In this document: piece after piece, positions 10,114 to 20,174 of the stretch
How the letters are laid out: the number at the start of each line of letters is the position of its first letter
Position numbering within the stretch: position 1 is the first letter of the stretch
From: Planctomycetota bacterium
Lineage (GTDB): Bacteria > Planctomycetota > PLA2
Reading direction: 5' to 3'
Assembly (NCBI GenBank): GCA_021776735.1
Contig: JAJFFH010000028.1
Coordinates: forward strand, 40,240 to 104,239
DNA length: 64,000 bases
Translations under genes and position numbers: made by a program
The notes under the pieces: model-generated
The model's input: the letters and a program-made list of their open reading frames with translations, nothing else
What the model was told of the DNA's origin: nothing
Database searches by the model: none

Positions 10114-10674
10114 ATGGCAGGCGACATCACCGAACTGCTGAATCGTGCCCACGGCGGAGACCGGCAGGCGGCGGACAACGTGCTGGCGCTGCTGTACGAC
10201 GAACTGCGCAACATCGCCGGGGCACAACTTCGGCGGCGGGCGGGGGCGCAGACTCTCCAGCCCACCGGTCTGGTCAACGAGGCTTATCTGCGGCTCATGG
10301 GGCGCTCGGCCGGTGATTCATGGAAGAGCCGCGGGCATTTTCTGTGCTTCGCCGCCAAGGCGATGCGATCCGTCCTGGTCGACCATGCGCGCCGACGGCA
10401 GTCCGAAAAGCGCGGTGGAGACCGGTCGCGTGAGCCTCTGCACGAGGCGATTGCGTGGTTTACGGAGAACAACATCGACCTGCTCTCCCTCGACGAGGCC
10501 CTGACGCGTCTCGGCGCCGAAGATGCGCGCCAGCGTCAGGTCGTCGAGCTCCGTTTTTTCGCGGGCCTCGACAACGCCGCGGTGGGGGAAGCGATCGGCA
10601 CGTCGCGCGCCACCGTGGAACGCGACTGGGCCGCCGCGCGCGCGTGGCTGATGCGCTACATGGACGACGACTGA
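10114..10674 (+). CDS. ECF sigma factor, TIGR02999-like (Planctomycete/Verrucomicrobia type)
   Basis: LYDELR..A, TLQPTGLVNEAYLRL, AMRSVLVDHARRR, VELRFFAGL, TVERDWAAARAWL. Confidence 0.92.
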   Translation: MAGDITELLNRAHGGDRQAADNVLALLYDELRNIAGAQLRRRAGAQTLQPTGLVNEAYLRLMGRSAGDSWKSRGHFLCFAAKAMRSVLVDHARRRQSEKRGGDRSREPLHEAIAWFTENNIDLLSLDEALTRLGAEDARQRQVVELRFFAGLDNAAVGEAIGTSRATVERDWAAARAWLMRYMDDD

Positions 10675-13475
10675 TGCCTCCGGATAAAAAAACGATCGAC
10701 GCAACTTTCCTCGCCGTCCGTGAGCTTCCCTCAAGTGAGCGTGCCACGTATCTCGACAAGGCTTGCGGAGGCGACGCGGAACTGCGGGCCGAAGTCGAAG
10801 CGATGTTGCGGGCGGACGCGCGCGCCGATCGACTGCGTCCGCCGACCAACGAGGAGCTCGGCTCGTGGCTACAGCGTGCCGACGCCCTCGTCGGCAAGCG
10901 CGTCGGAAACTGCACGCTCGTGCGCCACCTTGCGAGCGGGGGCATGGGGGTCGTGTATCTGGCGGAACAGGACGAACCGAAGCGGACGGTCGCGGTCAAG
11001 CTGATGCGCTCCGCGCTGTTCGGCGACGACATGCGCACCCGCTTTCGCCACGAGGTGCGCGCGCTCGGCAGCCTGACCCACCCCGGCATCGCGCAAGTCT
11101 TCGCGGCGGGTACGCACGAGTCCGACGCGCTGCCGTACTTCGTGATGGAGTACGTGGCGGACGCGCGCTCGCTGACGGAGTACGTTGAAGAAAAGCGTAC
11201 CGACGGCGATGCCCGTGTGAAGCTGTTCTTGTCCGTGTGCGAGGCCGTGCATTTTGGGCACGTAAAGGGCGTGGTCCACCGCGACCTGAAACCCGACAAC
11301 ATTCTGGTCGGCAGGGACGGGCAGCCCAAGATCATCGACTTCGGCATTGCCAAGATCACCGATCCCGATCTCGCACAAACCAAGGCGTTGACGCGCACGG
11401 GCGAAATCTTCGGCACGCTGCAATACCTGAGCCCCGAACAGCTCGCGGGCGACCCGAGTGGAATCGACGCGCGCTCAGACGTGTACTCACTCGGCGTCGT
11501 CTTGTACGAACTGCTCGCCGGACGCCTGCCGTACAGCCTCGACGGCAAGGACCTCCTTGGGGTGGCGCAGGTCATCGCCCGGCGCCCGCCGCGCTTTCCC
11601 GCCGTCGGCGGCGATCTCGATGTCGTGCTCGGCAAGGCGCTGGCGAAGGATCCGGCGCGCCGCTACGCGTCGGCGGCGGCGCTGCGCGACGATCTGGCAC
11701 GCGTGCTCGCGGGCCAACCGATCGAGGCACGACCCCCGAGCGTCGGCTATCAATTGCGGCTGTTCACGAAGCGGCACAAGGCCGTTGTCGCGGCCGGGAT
11801 CATCGCCGTCGTGGGGCTGTTTTCAGGCGCAGTCGTCAGTCTGATGATGGCGTCGCGGGCGCGGGACGAGGCGCGGCATGCGGAACGGGAAACGCAGCGT
11901 GCCCAGACCGCGGAGCGAACCGCGGTGCGCGAAACGGAGCGGGCCAAAACAGCGCGGGAAACGGCCGTGCGCGAGGCGGCGCGGGCACGCGCGCTCTGGC
12001 TGGAGTCGCAGCGCGTAACCAACACGGTCGCGGGTGAGCTGTTCGATCGTATCGCCTATCTGCCGGGGTCGCTCGGGGCGCGCGAGTATCTGGCGGAGTG
12101 GCTGAAGGGGGCGCTCGATCGCTTGTCGAAACACGTCGGCGACGACCCGGCGCTACGCCTCGTCGCGGCGCGGCGCTTTGTGCGCCTCGGCGAAATCCAT
12201 GGCCAGCACGGCCTGCCGAATCTCGGCAATACCAAGGAGGCGCTGGAGGCGACCGAACGTGCGATCACGTTGCTTGACTCCGGGGGCGGGATCGACCTGG
12301 CGATCGCACGGGCGCGCGCGGCCGATCTCGTCTTTCGTTCCGGCGATCTCGAACGGGCGGCAAAGCTCGAGGGACAGGCGCGCGACGTACTGGAGGCCGC
12401 TGACAAGCGCGATCCGCTTGTGCTGCGCAACCTCGTCTTGCTCGACGTCAACAGCGGACTCCGGCTCGACAAGCTCAGTAAGGGCAAGGAGGCGATTGCG
12501 GCTTCGCACCGCGCGGTCGCGTACGGTCGTTCCCTGGTGGCCGCCGCGCCGGATCGCGCGGTTCATCACCTGATGCTGAGTCGCGCGCAGGGGCTCCTGG
12601 GCCAGCGCCTGATTCGGCAACGGGACTATGCCGCTGCCCAAAAAACCCTGAAGGAGGCCGTTGCGTCGATCGACGCCGTGGCGGATCGACTGCCGCCCGC
12701 CGCGCTCGACGGACCGCGCTCGCTGTTGCAGTACTACCTGGGCGACTTGCACTTTTTTCAGAGACGCTATGCCGCTGCCCAGGTGGAGTACGAAAAGGGC
12801 GTCGCGCATCTCCGTGCGCTCGTCAAGCGCGAGCCGCGCGACCGGCGCGCGCGTGACAACCTCGGCGCGTCACTTTCACGTGTCGGAATGACGCACAGTG
12901 TCCAGGGGCTGATGCTTCACAAGCATCCGTTGCACAAGGACGCACTCGGGGACGACCCCAAGAAAAAGCGCGCCCTCGAGCACTATCGGCGCGCGGTCGC
13001 ATACGCGCGCGAGGAGCTGGCGACATACGAGGAGCTGGCGCGCCGGGATCCGGCCAACATCCAGCGCCTGTACGGGTTGCAGGACGGCGTCACGGGTCTC
13101 GCCACGACTCTTGTCAAGGTGCAGGCGTGGCGAGAGGCACAAGAGCTGTTCGCGCGGGCCGAGAAGCTCGCGAAGGCGCTCCAGCAGCGCGAGCCGGCGT
13201 CGGTCGACGCGGTCCTCAAGGAGTTTTCGGTCTTCCAGCGCCGGTCGCACCTGTTCACGTTCCGGTCGATCTTCAACAGCGACGCACGCGCCTCACTCGG
13301 CTTTCTGCAGCGTTCGCGCGCGGACGCGCAGCGGGCGAAGACGATTCTCGAAACGCTGGACGCGGCCGGCCAACTGCCCGCGCACCTCAAGCGGCTGATC
13401 AGAACCATGTCCGCGCAGATCGCGGAAACAGAACGCAACATGGGCCGGATACGGACCCGCATAGGAGGAGGGTGA
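10674..13475 (+). CDS. Hanks-type Ser/Thr protein kinase with transmembrane helix and TPR-like C-terminal region
   Basis: GGMGVVY, VAVK, HRDLKPDN, DFG, YLSPEQ; TGATG overlap with the ECF gene. Confidence 0.92.
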   Translation: MPPDKKTIDATFLAVRELPSSERATYLDKACGGDAELRAEVEAMLRADARADRLRPPTNEELGSWLQRADALVGKRVGNCTLVRHLASGGMGVVYLAEQDEPKRTVAVKLMRSALFGDDMRTRFRHEVRALGSLTHPGIAQVFAAGTHESDALPYFVMEYVADARSLTEYVEEKRTDGDARVKLFLSVCEAVHFGHVKGVVHRDLKPDNILVGRDGQPKIIDFGIAKITDPDLAQTKALTRTGEIFGTLQYLSPEQLAGDPSGIDARSDVYSLGVVLYELLAGRLPYSLDGKDLLGVAQVIARRPPRFPAVGGDLDVVLGKALAKDPARRYASAAALRDDLARVLAGQPIEARPPSVGYQLRLFTKRHKAVVAAGIIAVVGLFSGAVVSLMMASRARDEARHAERETQRAQTAERTAVRETERAKTARETAVREAARARALWLESQRVTNTVAGELFDRIAYLPGSLGAREYLAEWLKGALDRLSKHVGDDPALRLVAARRFVRLGEIHGQHGLPNLGNTKEALEATERAITLLDSGGGIDLAIARARAADLVFRSGDLERAAKLEGQARDVLEAADKRDPLVLRNLVLLDVNSGLRLDKLSKGKEAIAASHRAVAYGRSLVAAAPDRAVHHLMLSRAQGLLGQRLIRQRDYAAAQKTLKEAVASIDAVADRLPPAALDGPRSLLQYYLGDLHFFQRRYAAAQVEYEKGVAHLRALVKREPRDRRARDNLGASLSRVGMTHSVQGLMLHKHPLHKDALGDDPKKKRALEHYRRAVAYAREELATYEELARRDPANIQRLYGLQDGVTGLATTLVKVQAWREAQELFARAEKLAKALQQREPASVDAVLKEFSVFQRRSHLFTFRSIFNSDARASLGFLQRSRADAQRAKTILETLDAAGQLPAHLKRLIRTMSAQIAETERNMGRIRTRIGGG

Positions 13476-13484
13476 CGGACAGGG

Positions 13485-16028
13485 TTACCCGTCGGCAAAA
13501 AACACACGGTCGATGGGCTGATCCGCCACGATCAGCTCGCCGGCCGCCTCTCCGTTGATCGAGACGGCGTAGGAACCGGGCGCAAGCGTACGGACGGCGA
13601 TGTTTCCGGCCTTGTCCGTGCGCCACAGGCGCGGCGTCGTCATCAATTCGAACGCGTTGCGCGTGGATCCGGCGCGCACGCCGTCTTCGTCGACGATCTC
13701 GACGATCGCGCCGACGCGCGGCAGCTCGTTGCGCAGAAACCGGAGTCGCACGGTGACGCCGCGCACGAGCGGCACCGTAATCGGTCCGTCGCCCGCAACT
13801 TCGATCAGGTACGACGCACGATCAGCAAACCCCGCCGCGGCGACCCACACGCGATAGCGCCCGCGCGGCAGCCGTGCCGTGAACTCGGCGGTGGCGAAAG
13901 GCCGGCTTTCGCTGGCGTAGAGTTCGGCGATGTTGCCGTCTTCGCCCCGGAGCAAGAACGCCGCCTTGACGGGTCGGCCGTCCGGATCGACCGCACGCAC
14001 CGAAAGCGCCGCCAGAGCGCGCGGATCGAAACGCCACGAAACGGACTTCGTTTCGGCGTCGGCGAGCGTCAGCGACACAGCCGCGAACGCGCCGCCCGTG
14101 CCGTAGAGGACGCGATACTTTCCGGCGTCGAGCCCCGTCACGGTGAAGCGGCCCTGCGCGTCGGCGCCAGTACGAGCCGTGAGCCCGCGCAGGAACACGC
14201 GTTCGCCGGCCTGTCCCACCAGGGCCCGATCCGCCGGACTCCGTTCGATAGTGATGTCGGCCTCCGCCAACGGCTTTCCCTCGGCGTCCAGAACCGTGCC
14301 CTCAAGCACGCCCAGCGGCATCGCAACTTCGACCGTTTGGCGCGGCTCGTCCGGGCGGATGGTGACGCTCTTGCTGATCAGCGTGCCCGTTTCGTTCGCC
14401 ACGGTCAGTTCGTACCGCCCCGGTTCGAGGGCGTCGAAGCGAAACCTTGCGTCCTCGTCGAGTTGGGCTTCGAGCCCGGGACGGTGCTCGCGGTCGAGGT
14501 CATACAGATAGACGAGACCCGCGCGGACCGGCTCTCCTCTTCGTGTAAAACGGCCCTCGAGGGTTGCGGTTTTCGTCGCGCCGAAGTCGAGGACGGCGAT
14601 GTTCCCGGCCGCGATCGTCACGCTGCGTTCCGCCGTCCGAAAGCGCGGCCGGTTCTCGGTCTGGGCCCCGGAGAGGGCCACTCGATAGCGTCCCGGTGCG
14701 AGATGCGGGAAGGACAGTTCGCCGGTGGCCGAAAAAACTGCGCGCGCGACGGGACGTGCGCCGAGTCCGCCGCCGAGCACTTCGCAGACAAGGCCGTCGG
14801 TCGGCTGCCCGCCGAGGGTCTTGGCGCGAACGAGCAACCCGCCGCCCGGCTTGAGCCGGATCGTTTTCGGCGCGTCGCCGGTCGGTACGGCGCGCAGGCG
14901 ATGGGGAACATGCTGCGGACTCAGCACGATCGCGTGAAACACCCCGGCCGGCAGTCCGTCGATCAGGACGTGGCCGCCGTCGTCGCTCACGCGCGTTTTC
15001 AGTCGGAAGGTGTTTGAGTCCTTGCGTGCCAGCACCGCGAGATCCTGGCGGTCCAGCATCGTGATCAGCGAGAGAATCGGTCCGCGTTCCGGCTCGCGTT
15101 CCAGGACCGGCTCGAGCGCGCGATTTCGTGCGGGGTTGTCTCTTGGTCCGGCGTAGAGCACATGGACATGCGCTCCCGCAATCGGATGACCGGTTGCTTC
15201 GTCGAGCAGGACGAGGGCGGCGCGGACACCCGGGACGGCCGGTTCGTCCGGCGCTTCGACAGCGGGTGTTTTTGGCGACGACAAGACATCGTCGTTCGTC
15301 TGCTGTGGAGTGCTCGGGGCGCCTTGGATCGGCGGCTGCTGGTGTTCGCGTGCGAGGGACACCGTGCGATCGCCCTTCTCGGTGCGGTCGTGGAGAAGGC
15401 GCCATCCGAGGGTGCTGGCGGCGACCGCGAGGACAGTGGCCACGATGAGGGTCTTGCTGAACATGAGGAGTGCTCCTTTTGGGATGAGAAGAGGAGCGAG
15501 GGCCCCGGTCCACGCTCGCCGGCCGTGCGAACGGTCGAGACGGGCGCGGAGACGTGCGAGCGCGCGTTGCAGGCGGGTGTGAACCGTCGAGACCGGTACG
15601 TCGAGGCGCCGTGCGATCTCTCGCGGCATGAGGCCGTCGAAGAAACGCAGGACGATCACCGTGCGATCGGTCTCGTCGAGTTCACGCACGGCGCGTGCGA
15701 CCACACTTTGCACTTCGGCGCGTGCCGCGGCATCCGCGGTGGGGTCGATCCGGTCGGGACGCGCTGCGGCGTGTTCGCGCGCCCGCCGTCGGTGTGCCGT
15801 ACGGTGTCCGCCCAGCGAGAGATTGCGCACGACACGGCCGAGCCAGCCGCGCAGGTTGTCACGATGTCGCGGCGGACGTTCCAGTGCGCGCACCATCGTG
15901 TCCTGCACGACATCGTCAGCCGTCGCCGCATCGCGCACGAGACTGCGGGCCAACGCGCGCAAGAACTCGGTGTGCTCAAGCAACGCACGAGCCGTCGGAC
16001 GGAGTGTTTCACCCGGATCAGGAGTCAT
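13485..16028 (-). CDS. ECF sigma factor fused to a TM helix and carboxypeptidase-regulatory-like beta-sandwich repeats
   Basis: Region 2 ADDVVQDT..LRGWLGRVVRN; region 4 LRFFDGL..EIARRL..TVHTRL; repeated G.V.D..G.P..A modules. Confidence 0.88.
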   Translation of the reverse strand: MTPDPGETLRPTARALLEHTEFLRALARSLVRDAATADDVVQDTMVRALERPPRHRDNLRGWLGRVVRNLSLGGHRTAHRRRAREHAAARPDRIDPTADAAARAEVQSVVARAVRELDETDRTVIVLRFFDGLMPREIARRLDVPVSTVHTRLQRALARLRARLDRSHGRRAWTGALAPLLIPKGALLMFSKTLIVATVLAVAASTLGWRLLHDRTEKGDRTVSLAREHQQPPIQGAPSTPQQTNDDVLSSPKTPAVEAPDEPAVPGVRAALVLLDEATGHPIAGAHVHVLYAGPRDNPARNRALEPVLEREPERGPILSLITMLDRQDLAVLARKDSNTFRLKTRVSDDGGHVLIDGLPAGVFHAIVLSPQHVPHRLRAVPTGDAPKTIRLKPGGGLLVRAKTLGGQPTDGLVCEVLGGGLGARPVARAVFSATGELSFPHLAPGRYRVALSGAQTENRPRFRTAERSVTIAAGNIAVLDFGATKTATLEGRFTRRGEPVRAGLVYLYDLDREHRPGLEAQLDEDARFRFDALEPGRYELTVANETGTLISKSVTIRPDEPRQTVEVAMPLGVLEGTVLDAEGKPLAEADITIERSPADRALVGQAGERVFLRGLTARTGADAQGRFTVTGLDAGKYRVLYGTGGAFAAVSLTLADAETKSVSWRFDPRALAALSVRAVDPDGRPVKAAFLLRGEDGNIAELYASESRPFATAEFTARLPRGRYRVWVAAAGFADRASYLIEVAGDGPITVPLVRGVTVRLRFLRNELPRVGAIVEIVDEDGVRAGSTRNAFELMTTPRLWRTDKAGNIAVRTLAPGSYAVSINGEAAGELIVADQPIDRVFFADG

Positions 16029-16037
16029 CGCTACCGG

Positions 16038-16067
16038 TAGAACGCCGCGAGTACGCTTTCCTGCTCA
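16038..16067 (-). promoter_or_regulatory. Putative ECF-type promoter of the 13485..16028 sigma gene
   Basis: TGAGCAGGAA-N12-GCGTTCTA ending 9 nt before the ATG; same geometry as the motifs at 29972 and 31499. Confidence 0.4.
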
Positions 16068-16176
16068 AGGATTCGAAACGGGCCGGGAGGGCGTGGGGAG
16101 AGATGTCTACGATGGTCGGTGACTTCCCGGGTTTTTTCCAACGGGAACCGGGGGGGCGGCAAGAAGCAGACGAGTC

Positions 16177-19128
16177 ATGGGAACTTCTTCTTCTGAATCC
16201 GGGCGCGTGGACCCCTCTGCCCCCGCTGTCAGCATCGATGACTTGTTGGCCCACGCCGGGTGGGCACGCGCGTTGGCGACGCGTCTCGTGCGTGACCCCT
16301 CGGCGGCGGACGATCTCGTGCAGGACGCCTACGCCGTAGCGCTCGCGCGTCCCCCGCGCGGGGATCGGCCCGTGCGTCCGTGGTTGCGCGGGGTGCTGCA
16401 AAACTTGGCGCGGTTCGGGCGGCGCTCCGAGGCTCGGCGGGGGCGCCGTCAGGCGGAAGCGGTCCGGTTGGCGGCCGCGGGTTCTTCCGCTTCTACGGGT
16501 TCGTCAGAGTCGCCGGACGCGATCATTTCGCGCTTCGAGGCGCAGCGGGCATTGGCCCGGGCTGTGGCGGAACTTGCCGAGCCCTATCGTACGACCGTCT
16601 TGCTGCGGTTTCATGAGGATCTTGCGCCACGCGACATCGCGGTGCGGTTGGGGATTCCGGCCGGGACCGTACGTTGGAGGCTCAAGCATGCGCTCGACTT
16701 GCTCCGGGTGCGTCTCGACGACCGATTTGGGACGCGTCGGGCGTGGGCGCCCGCGTTCGTACCGCTACTTGCCACGGGAGGATCGTTGATGAGCAGCTTT
16801 TCGAAAGGGGTCGCCGGGGTCGCGGCGTTGGTTGCGCTGGCCGTGCTGGTTACATGGAACGCGCGCTCGTCGGATCGAACCCGGGCGACCGCAGGCTCCG
16901 AGCGCGCGGCAGGGACCCCGACGGGCCACACCGCAGCGGGGCGGAACACCGAGGCGGCGCCGGCTCGCGGCGCACCGGAAGACAGGCACGGAGAGACAAC
17001 CGGCGGCCCGACTACCCCGCCGCGCGCGACAGCTCGGTTGCTCGGCCGTGTGCTTGATGGGCAAGGCGCGCCAATCCCCTCCGCGACCGTGCGATTGCGG
17101 GGCATCGTAAGAGCGCGGCCCGCGACGACGGGTCCGGACGGTCGGTTCGTCGTCGATGTCGTGCCTCCCCCGGGCGGACGGTCTCAGACGACCGTGGTCG
17201 CGGTCGCGTCCGGCCACGCCGAGGCCCTGCGCAAGATCGAACTCAAGCCCGGGACGCGCGATGTCGGCGATCTGGTCTTGGGCTCGGGTGGCGTGGTGGC
17301 CGGAAAAGTGGTCGATTCACGCGGCCAGCCGATTCCCGGGGCAGTCGTCGGAGTGGCTCATGCCGAGGATCGATTCGGTGGCCTGGGGCCGATACCGATC
17401 GAGTTTCTGCTTGCCGGAGCACGCACCCGCAGCAACGCAGACGGCGCATTCGAGTTGCGCGGCGTCCCTGTGGGCACCTGCCGGATCGGAGCTGGACGAC
17501 AGGGCTATCGCGTGGCGGTGCGCAGCGGCGTCGCGGTCCGGCGGCATGAGCGGACCGTGAACGTGACGATCGAGCTTGTCGCATCCGCGAGCACCGACCG
17601 GTTCACGGGCGTGGTTGTCGATCCTCTCGGCGCCCCGGTCGGGGGAGCGGTGGTGCGGTACTCGTTTGAGTCGAACGGAACCTCCGGCTCGGGGTCGGCG
17701 CCTGCGAAGTCAGACGGGACGTTCTCATTCCCGGTCATGATTCCCGCGAGGTACCGGTTTGCGGCTACGGATCCGAGTGGGCGCTGGCGGGGATCGAAGC
17801 CGGTGCAGGCGAAGCCCGGGGACGAGGTTGTGCTTCGCCTGCAGGTGCCGCGCTGGTTGCCGATTGATGTACGTGACCGCGGCGGTCGCCCGATGCCGAA
17901 GGTCGTCTTGATGGTGCGCGACCCAGCAACCGGGATCGACACGCCCGCGGTGCGCGACCCCGCCGGACGCGTCGCAGTTCCCGGCGTGCCTTTTCGTCTC
18001 ATCGCGACGGCGGACGGGTACGCGAAGGCCGAATCCGAAGTCCTCGATCCGGGCGCACTTGCTCGGTCGCTGCGCCTGGTTCTGGCGAAGCTCGCGGGCA
18101 TACGCGGCGTCGTGCGCGTTGGCGGACGGCCGCTCGCGGGTGCGCGGGTCAGCTTGCACCGCGTGATCCCGCTTGACCGGCACTGCCGCCATGCCGGATT
18201 CTCATGCCGCTATCATCCGAAGCCGAAGGAGGTGGTGCGCACGCCTGCGGACGGGAGCTACCGGCTCACCGGCCGTGAGCGCGACCGATATGTGATCCGG
18301 ATCGAACACGGCGACTTCGCGCCGGTCGATGTCGGCCCTTTCAAGAACGATCCTGAAAGAGGCTCGTCCGGCCGCGACGCGGACCTCACGAGGGGCGGCG
18401 TGCTGGAGGGCCGTGTGATTACGAGCGCGGGCCGCAGCGCGGCTGGGATCCTCGTTGCCGTCTCGCGCGGTGACGGGCATCCACAAAAACAAGAAGTCGG
18501 CGCCGACGGCCACTTTCGGTTCGGGCGCCTCACGCCCGGTCCGTGGATCGTTCGTCGCGTGGATGGGCTGTCGCAACACACCGTGATCTTGGGGGGCAAG
18601 CCGCCGACGCCGCGCTGGAGTTGCCGGGTCCGCGACGGAGTCGTGACGCGCTTCGACCTCGACACGACACGTCCGTCGGGCCTTTCTGTGCGCGGCATGT
18701 TCGCCTTGGCCGGCGTCGATGTGCGCGGCGCGACCGTGCTGCTTCAGGCTGAGGGCCGAACGCTGCGTGACAAGGCCCCGCGTGGGACGCTGGATTCCGC
18801 CGGCCGTTTTCGGATCCGCGTCCCGCGGGTGGGCCGGTATTGGATTACCGTCATCGTCGGAGCGTTGCGCTACACCGAACGGATCGACCTAGAACGAGAG
18901 GGTGCGACTTGGGAGCGCTCGTTGAAGTCCGGCACCGTGGTGGTTCACGGCGTCAAAAACGATGATCGTTTGACATGGGAGGGCGGGGGCGCGAACGCCC
19001 GCGCGACGATCAGCCTCGTCCCGGATGCGGAGCGCATCGCACGCGTAGTGGTTCCCGTGGGAATCGCCCGCATCGGCGAACACAAAATCACGGTGCGTGC
19101 GGGCGCAACGGTGGAGATCCCGCGCTGA
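16177..19128 (+). CDS. ECF sigma factor fused to a TM helix and carboxypeptidase-regulatory-like repeats
   Basis: ADDLVQDAY..RPWLRGVLQN; LRFHEDL..DIAVRLGIPAGTVRWRL; repeated GRVLDGQGAPI / GKVVDSRGQPI / GVVVDPLGAPV. Confidence 0.88.
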   Translation: MGTSSSESGRVDPSAPAVSIDDLLAHAGWARALATRLVRDPSAADDLVQDAYAVALARPPRGDRPVRPWLRGVLQNLARFGRRSEARRGRRQAEAVRLAAAGSSASTGSSESPDAIISRFEAQRALARAVAELAEPYRTTVLLRFHEDLAPRDIAVRLGIPAGTVRWRLKHALDLLRVRLDDRFGTRRAWAPAFVPLLATGGSLMSSFSKGVAGVAALVALAVLVTWNARSSDRTRATAGSERAAGTPTGHTAAGRNTEAAPARGAPEDRHGETTGGPTTPPRATARLLGRVLDGQGAPIPSATVRLRGIVRARPATTGPDGRFVVDVVPPPGGRSQTTVVAVASGHAEALRKIELKPGTRDVGDLVLGSGGVVAGKVVDSRGQPIPGAVVGVAHAEDRFGGLGPIPIEFLLAGARTRSNADGAFELRGVPVGTCRIGAGRQGYRVAVRSGVAVRRHERTVNVTIELVASASTDRFTGVVVDPLGAPVGGAVVRYSFESNGTSGSGSAPAKSDGTFSFPVMIPARYRFAATDPSGRWRGSKPVQAKPGDEVVLRLQVPRWLPIDVRDRGGRPMPKVVLMVRDPATGIDTPAVRDPAGRVAVPGVPFRLIATADGYAKAESEVLDPGALARSLRLVLAKLAGIRGVVRVGGRPLAGARVSLHRVIPLDRHCRHAGFSCRYHPKPKEVVRTPADGSYRLTGRERDRYVIRIEHGDFAPVDVGPFKNDPERGSSGRDADLTRGGVLEGRVITSAGRSAAGILVAVSRGDGHPQKQEVGADGHFRFGRLTPGPWIVRRVDGLSQHTVILGGKPPTPRWSCRVRDGVVTRFDLDTTRPSGLSVRGMFALAGVDVRGATVLLQAEGRTLRDKAPRGTLDSAGRFRIRVPRVGRYWITVIVGALRYTERIDLEREGATWERSLKSGTVVVHGVKNDDRLTWEGGGANARATISLVPDAERIARVVVPVGIARIGEHKITVRAGATVEIPR

Positions 19129-19192
19129 GCCTCGCCTGCAAGCTTGGCATGATGCCCCGTCCGTCGGCGGGGGCATCATGCCTTTTCGAAGC

Positions 19193-19951
19193 CTACGAGA
19201 GATGCTTGCGCAAGACGGCTGCACCGAGGGCCAGCGCGCAAAGGACGAGCGTGCCGGGCTCGGGTACGGGACCAGGACCAGGACCAGGACCAGGACCAGG
19301 ACCAGGACCAGGACCAGGACCAGGACCAGGACCAGGACCAGGACCAGGACCAGGACCAGGACCAGGACCAGGACCAGTGAAGTTCCCGGAGGCAAATCCG
19401 CTGTCGGATTCGCCGGCCGCCGCGACCAGCGATTGGAGGTGGGCGCCCATTTGCGAGCCCGGGGCCGGAATACCGCCGCCCGTCGAAAGGCCGGCGCCGG
19501 TGAACATCGCTTCCGTCCAGAAGTTGCCGCCGGACAGCGTCAGGTCGAACGTGAGGTCCGTCGCGTTGTTGACCTGGTTCGGGTTGGGGCTGCCGCCGCC
19601 GGTCTGCGAGACCGCAAGGTCGAAGTCGGCGCTGCCCGAACCGGCGACGTTCGTGCCCGAGACCGGGGTCCACATCTTGCCCGCGTTATCCGGCAGGAAG
19701 TCCGAGAATGCCGCCGCAAAGGCTCCGATATCGAGATTGAAGGCGAAAATGTCGAGCTTGATACTCGGGTGCAAGGGCGAGTTGATGTCCACGACCCACG
19801 ACGCAACATCATCGACCACGTTGACGGTGACATCAACGATGAGGTTGTCCGGGTTGCCCGGGCGATCATCGCCGAGCAACTGGCCCGTAACAGAAAACGT
19901 ATCGGCGGCCACCAAGGCCGCGCATACCACTAGGCAAAAACCGATTCTCAT
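19193..19951 (-). CDS. PEP-CTERM surface protein with (Gly-Pro)18 linker
   Basis: Signal peptide; C-terminal VPEPG + hydrophobic helix + RKH. Confidence 0.9.
   Translation of the reverse strand: MRIGFCLVVCAALVAADTFSVTGQLLGDDRPGNPDNLIVDVTVNVVDDVASWVVDINSPLHPSIKLDIFAFNLDIGAFAAAFSDFLPDNAGKMWTPVSGTNVAGSGSADFDLAVSQTGGGSPNPNQVNNATDLTFDLTLSGGNFWTEAMFTGAGLSTGGGIPAPGSQMGAHLQSLVAAAGESDSGFASGNFTGPGPGPGPGPGPGPGPGPGPGPGPGPGPGPGPGPGPVPEPGTLVLCALALGAAVLRKHLS
19269..19376. repeat. Perfect hexanucleotide tandem repeat (GGACCA)18
   Basis: 108 nt of uninterrupted repeat read directly. Confidence 0.97.
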
Positions 19952-20174
19952 GAAAACTCTCTCCTACTGTCTCAGATAGACTGTATCAGTCTAAGACATC
20001 GGAGAAAGAGTCGCACGCGATTCTCGGCCGCCCGGTTTGGGGCGGTTCTTGCCAGAAGCTGATGGTCGGATTCCGTGGGGCAAAGGACTGGAACCCGCTA
20101 CGTACGAGGGATCCTGCCGCCGGCCGCCCGGGAGTTTCCGGCCTTTACGGTGGAGATGCCGCGAGCCGTTCGAC

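Noticed and set aside
19269-19376. Repeat as CRISPR array or as poly-TR/WS/LV peptides in other frames
   Set aside because: No spacers or cas genes; only the Gly-Pro frame lies in a coherent signal-peptide/PEP-CTERM ORF.
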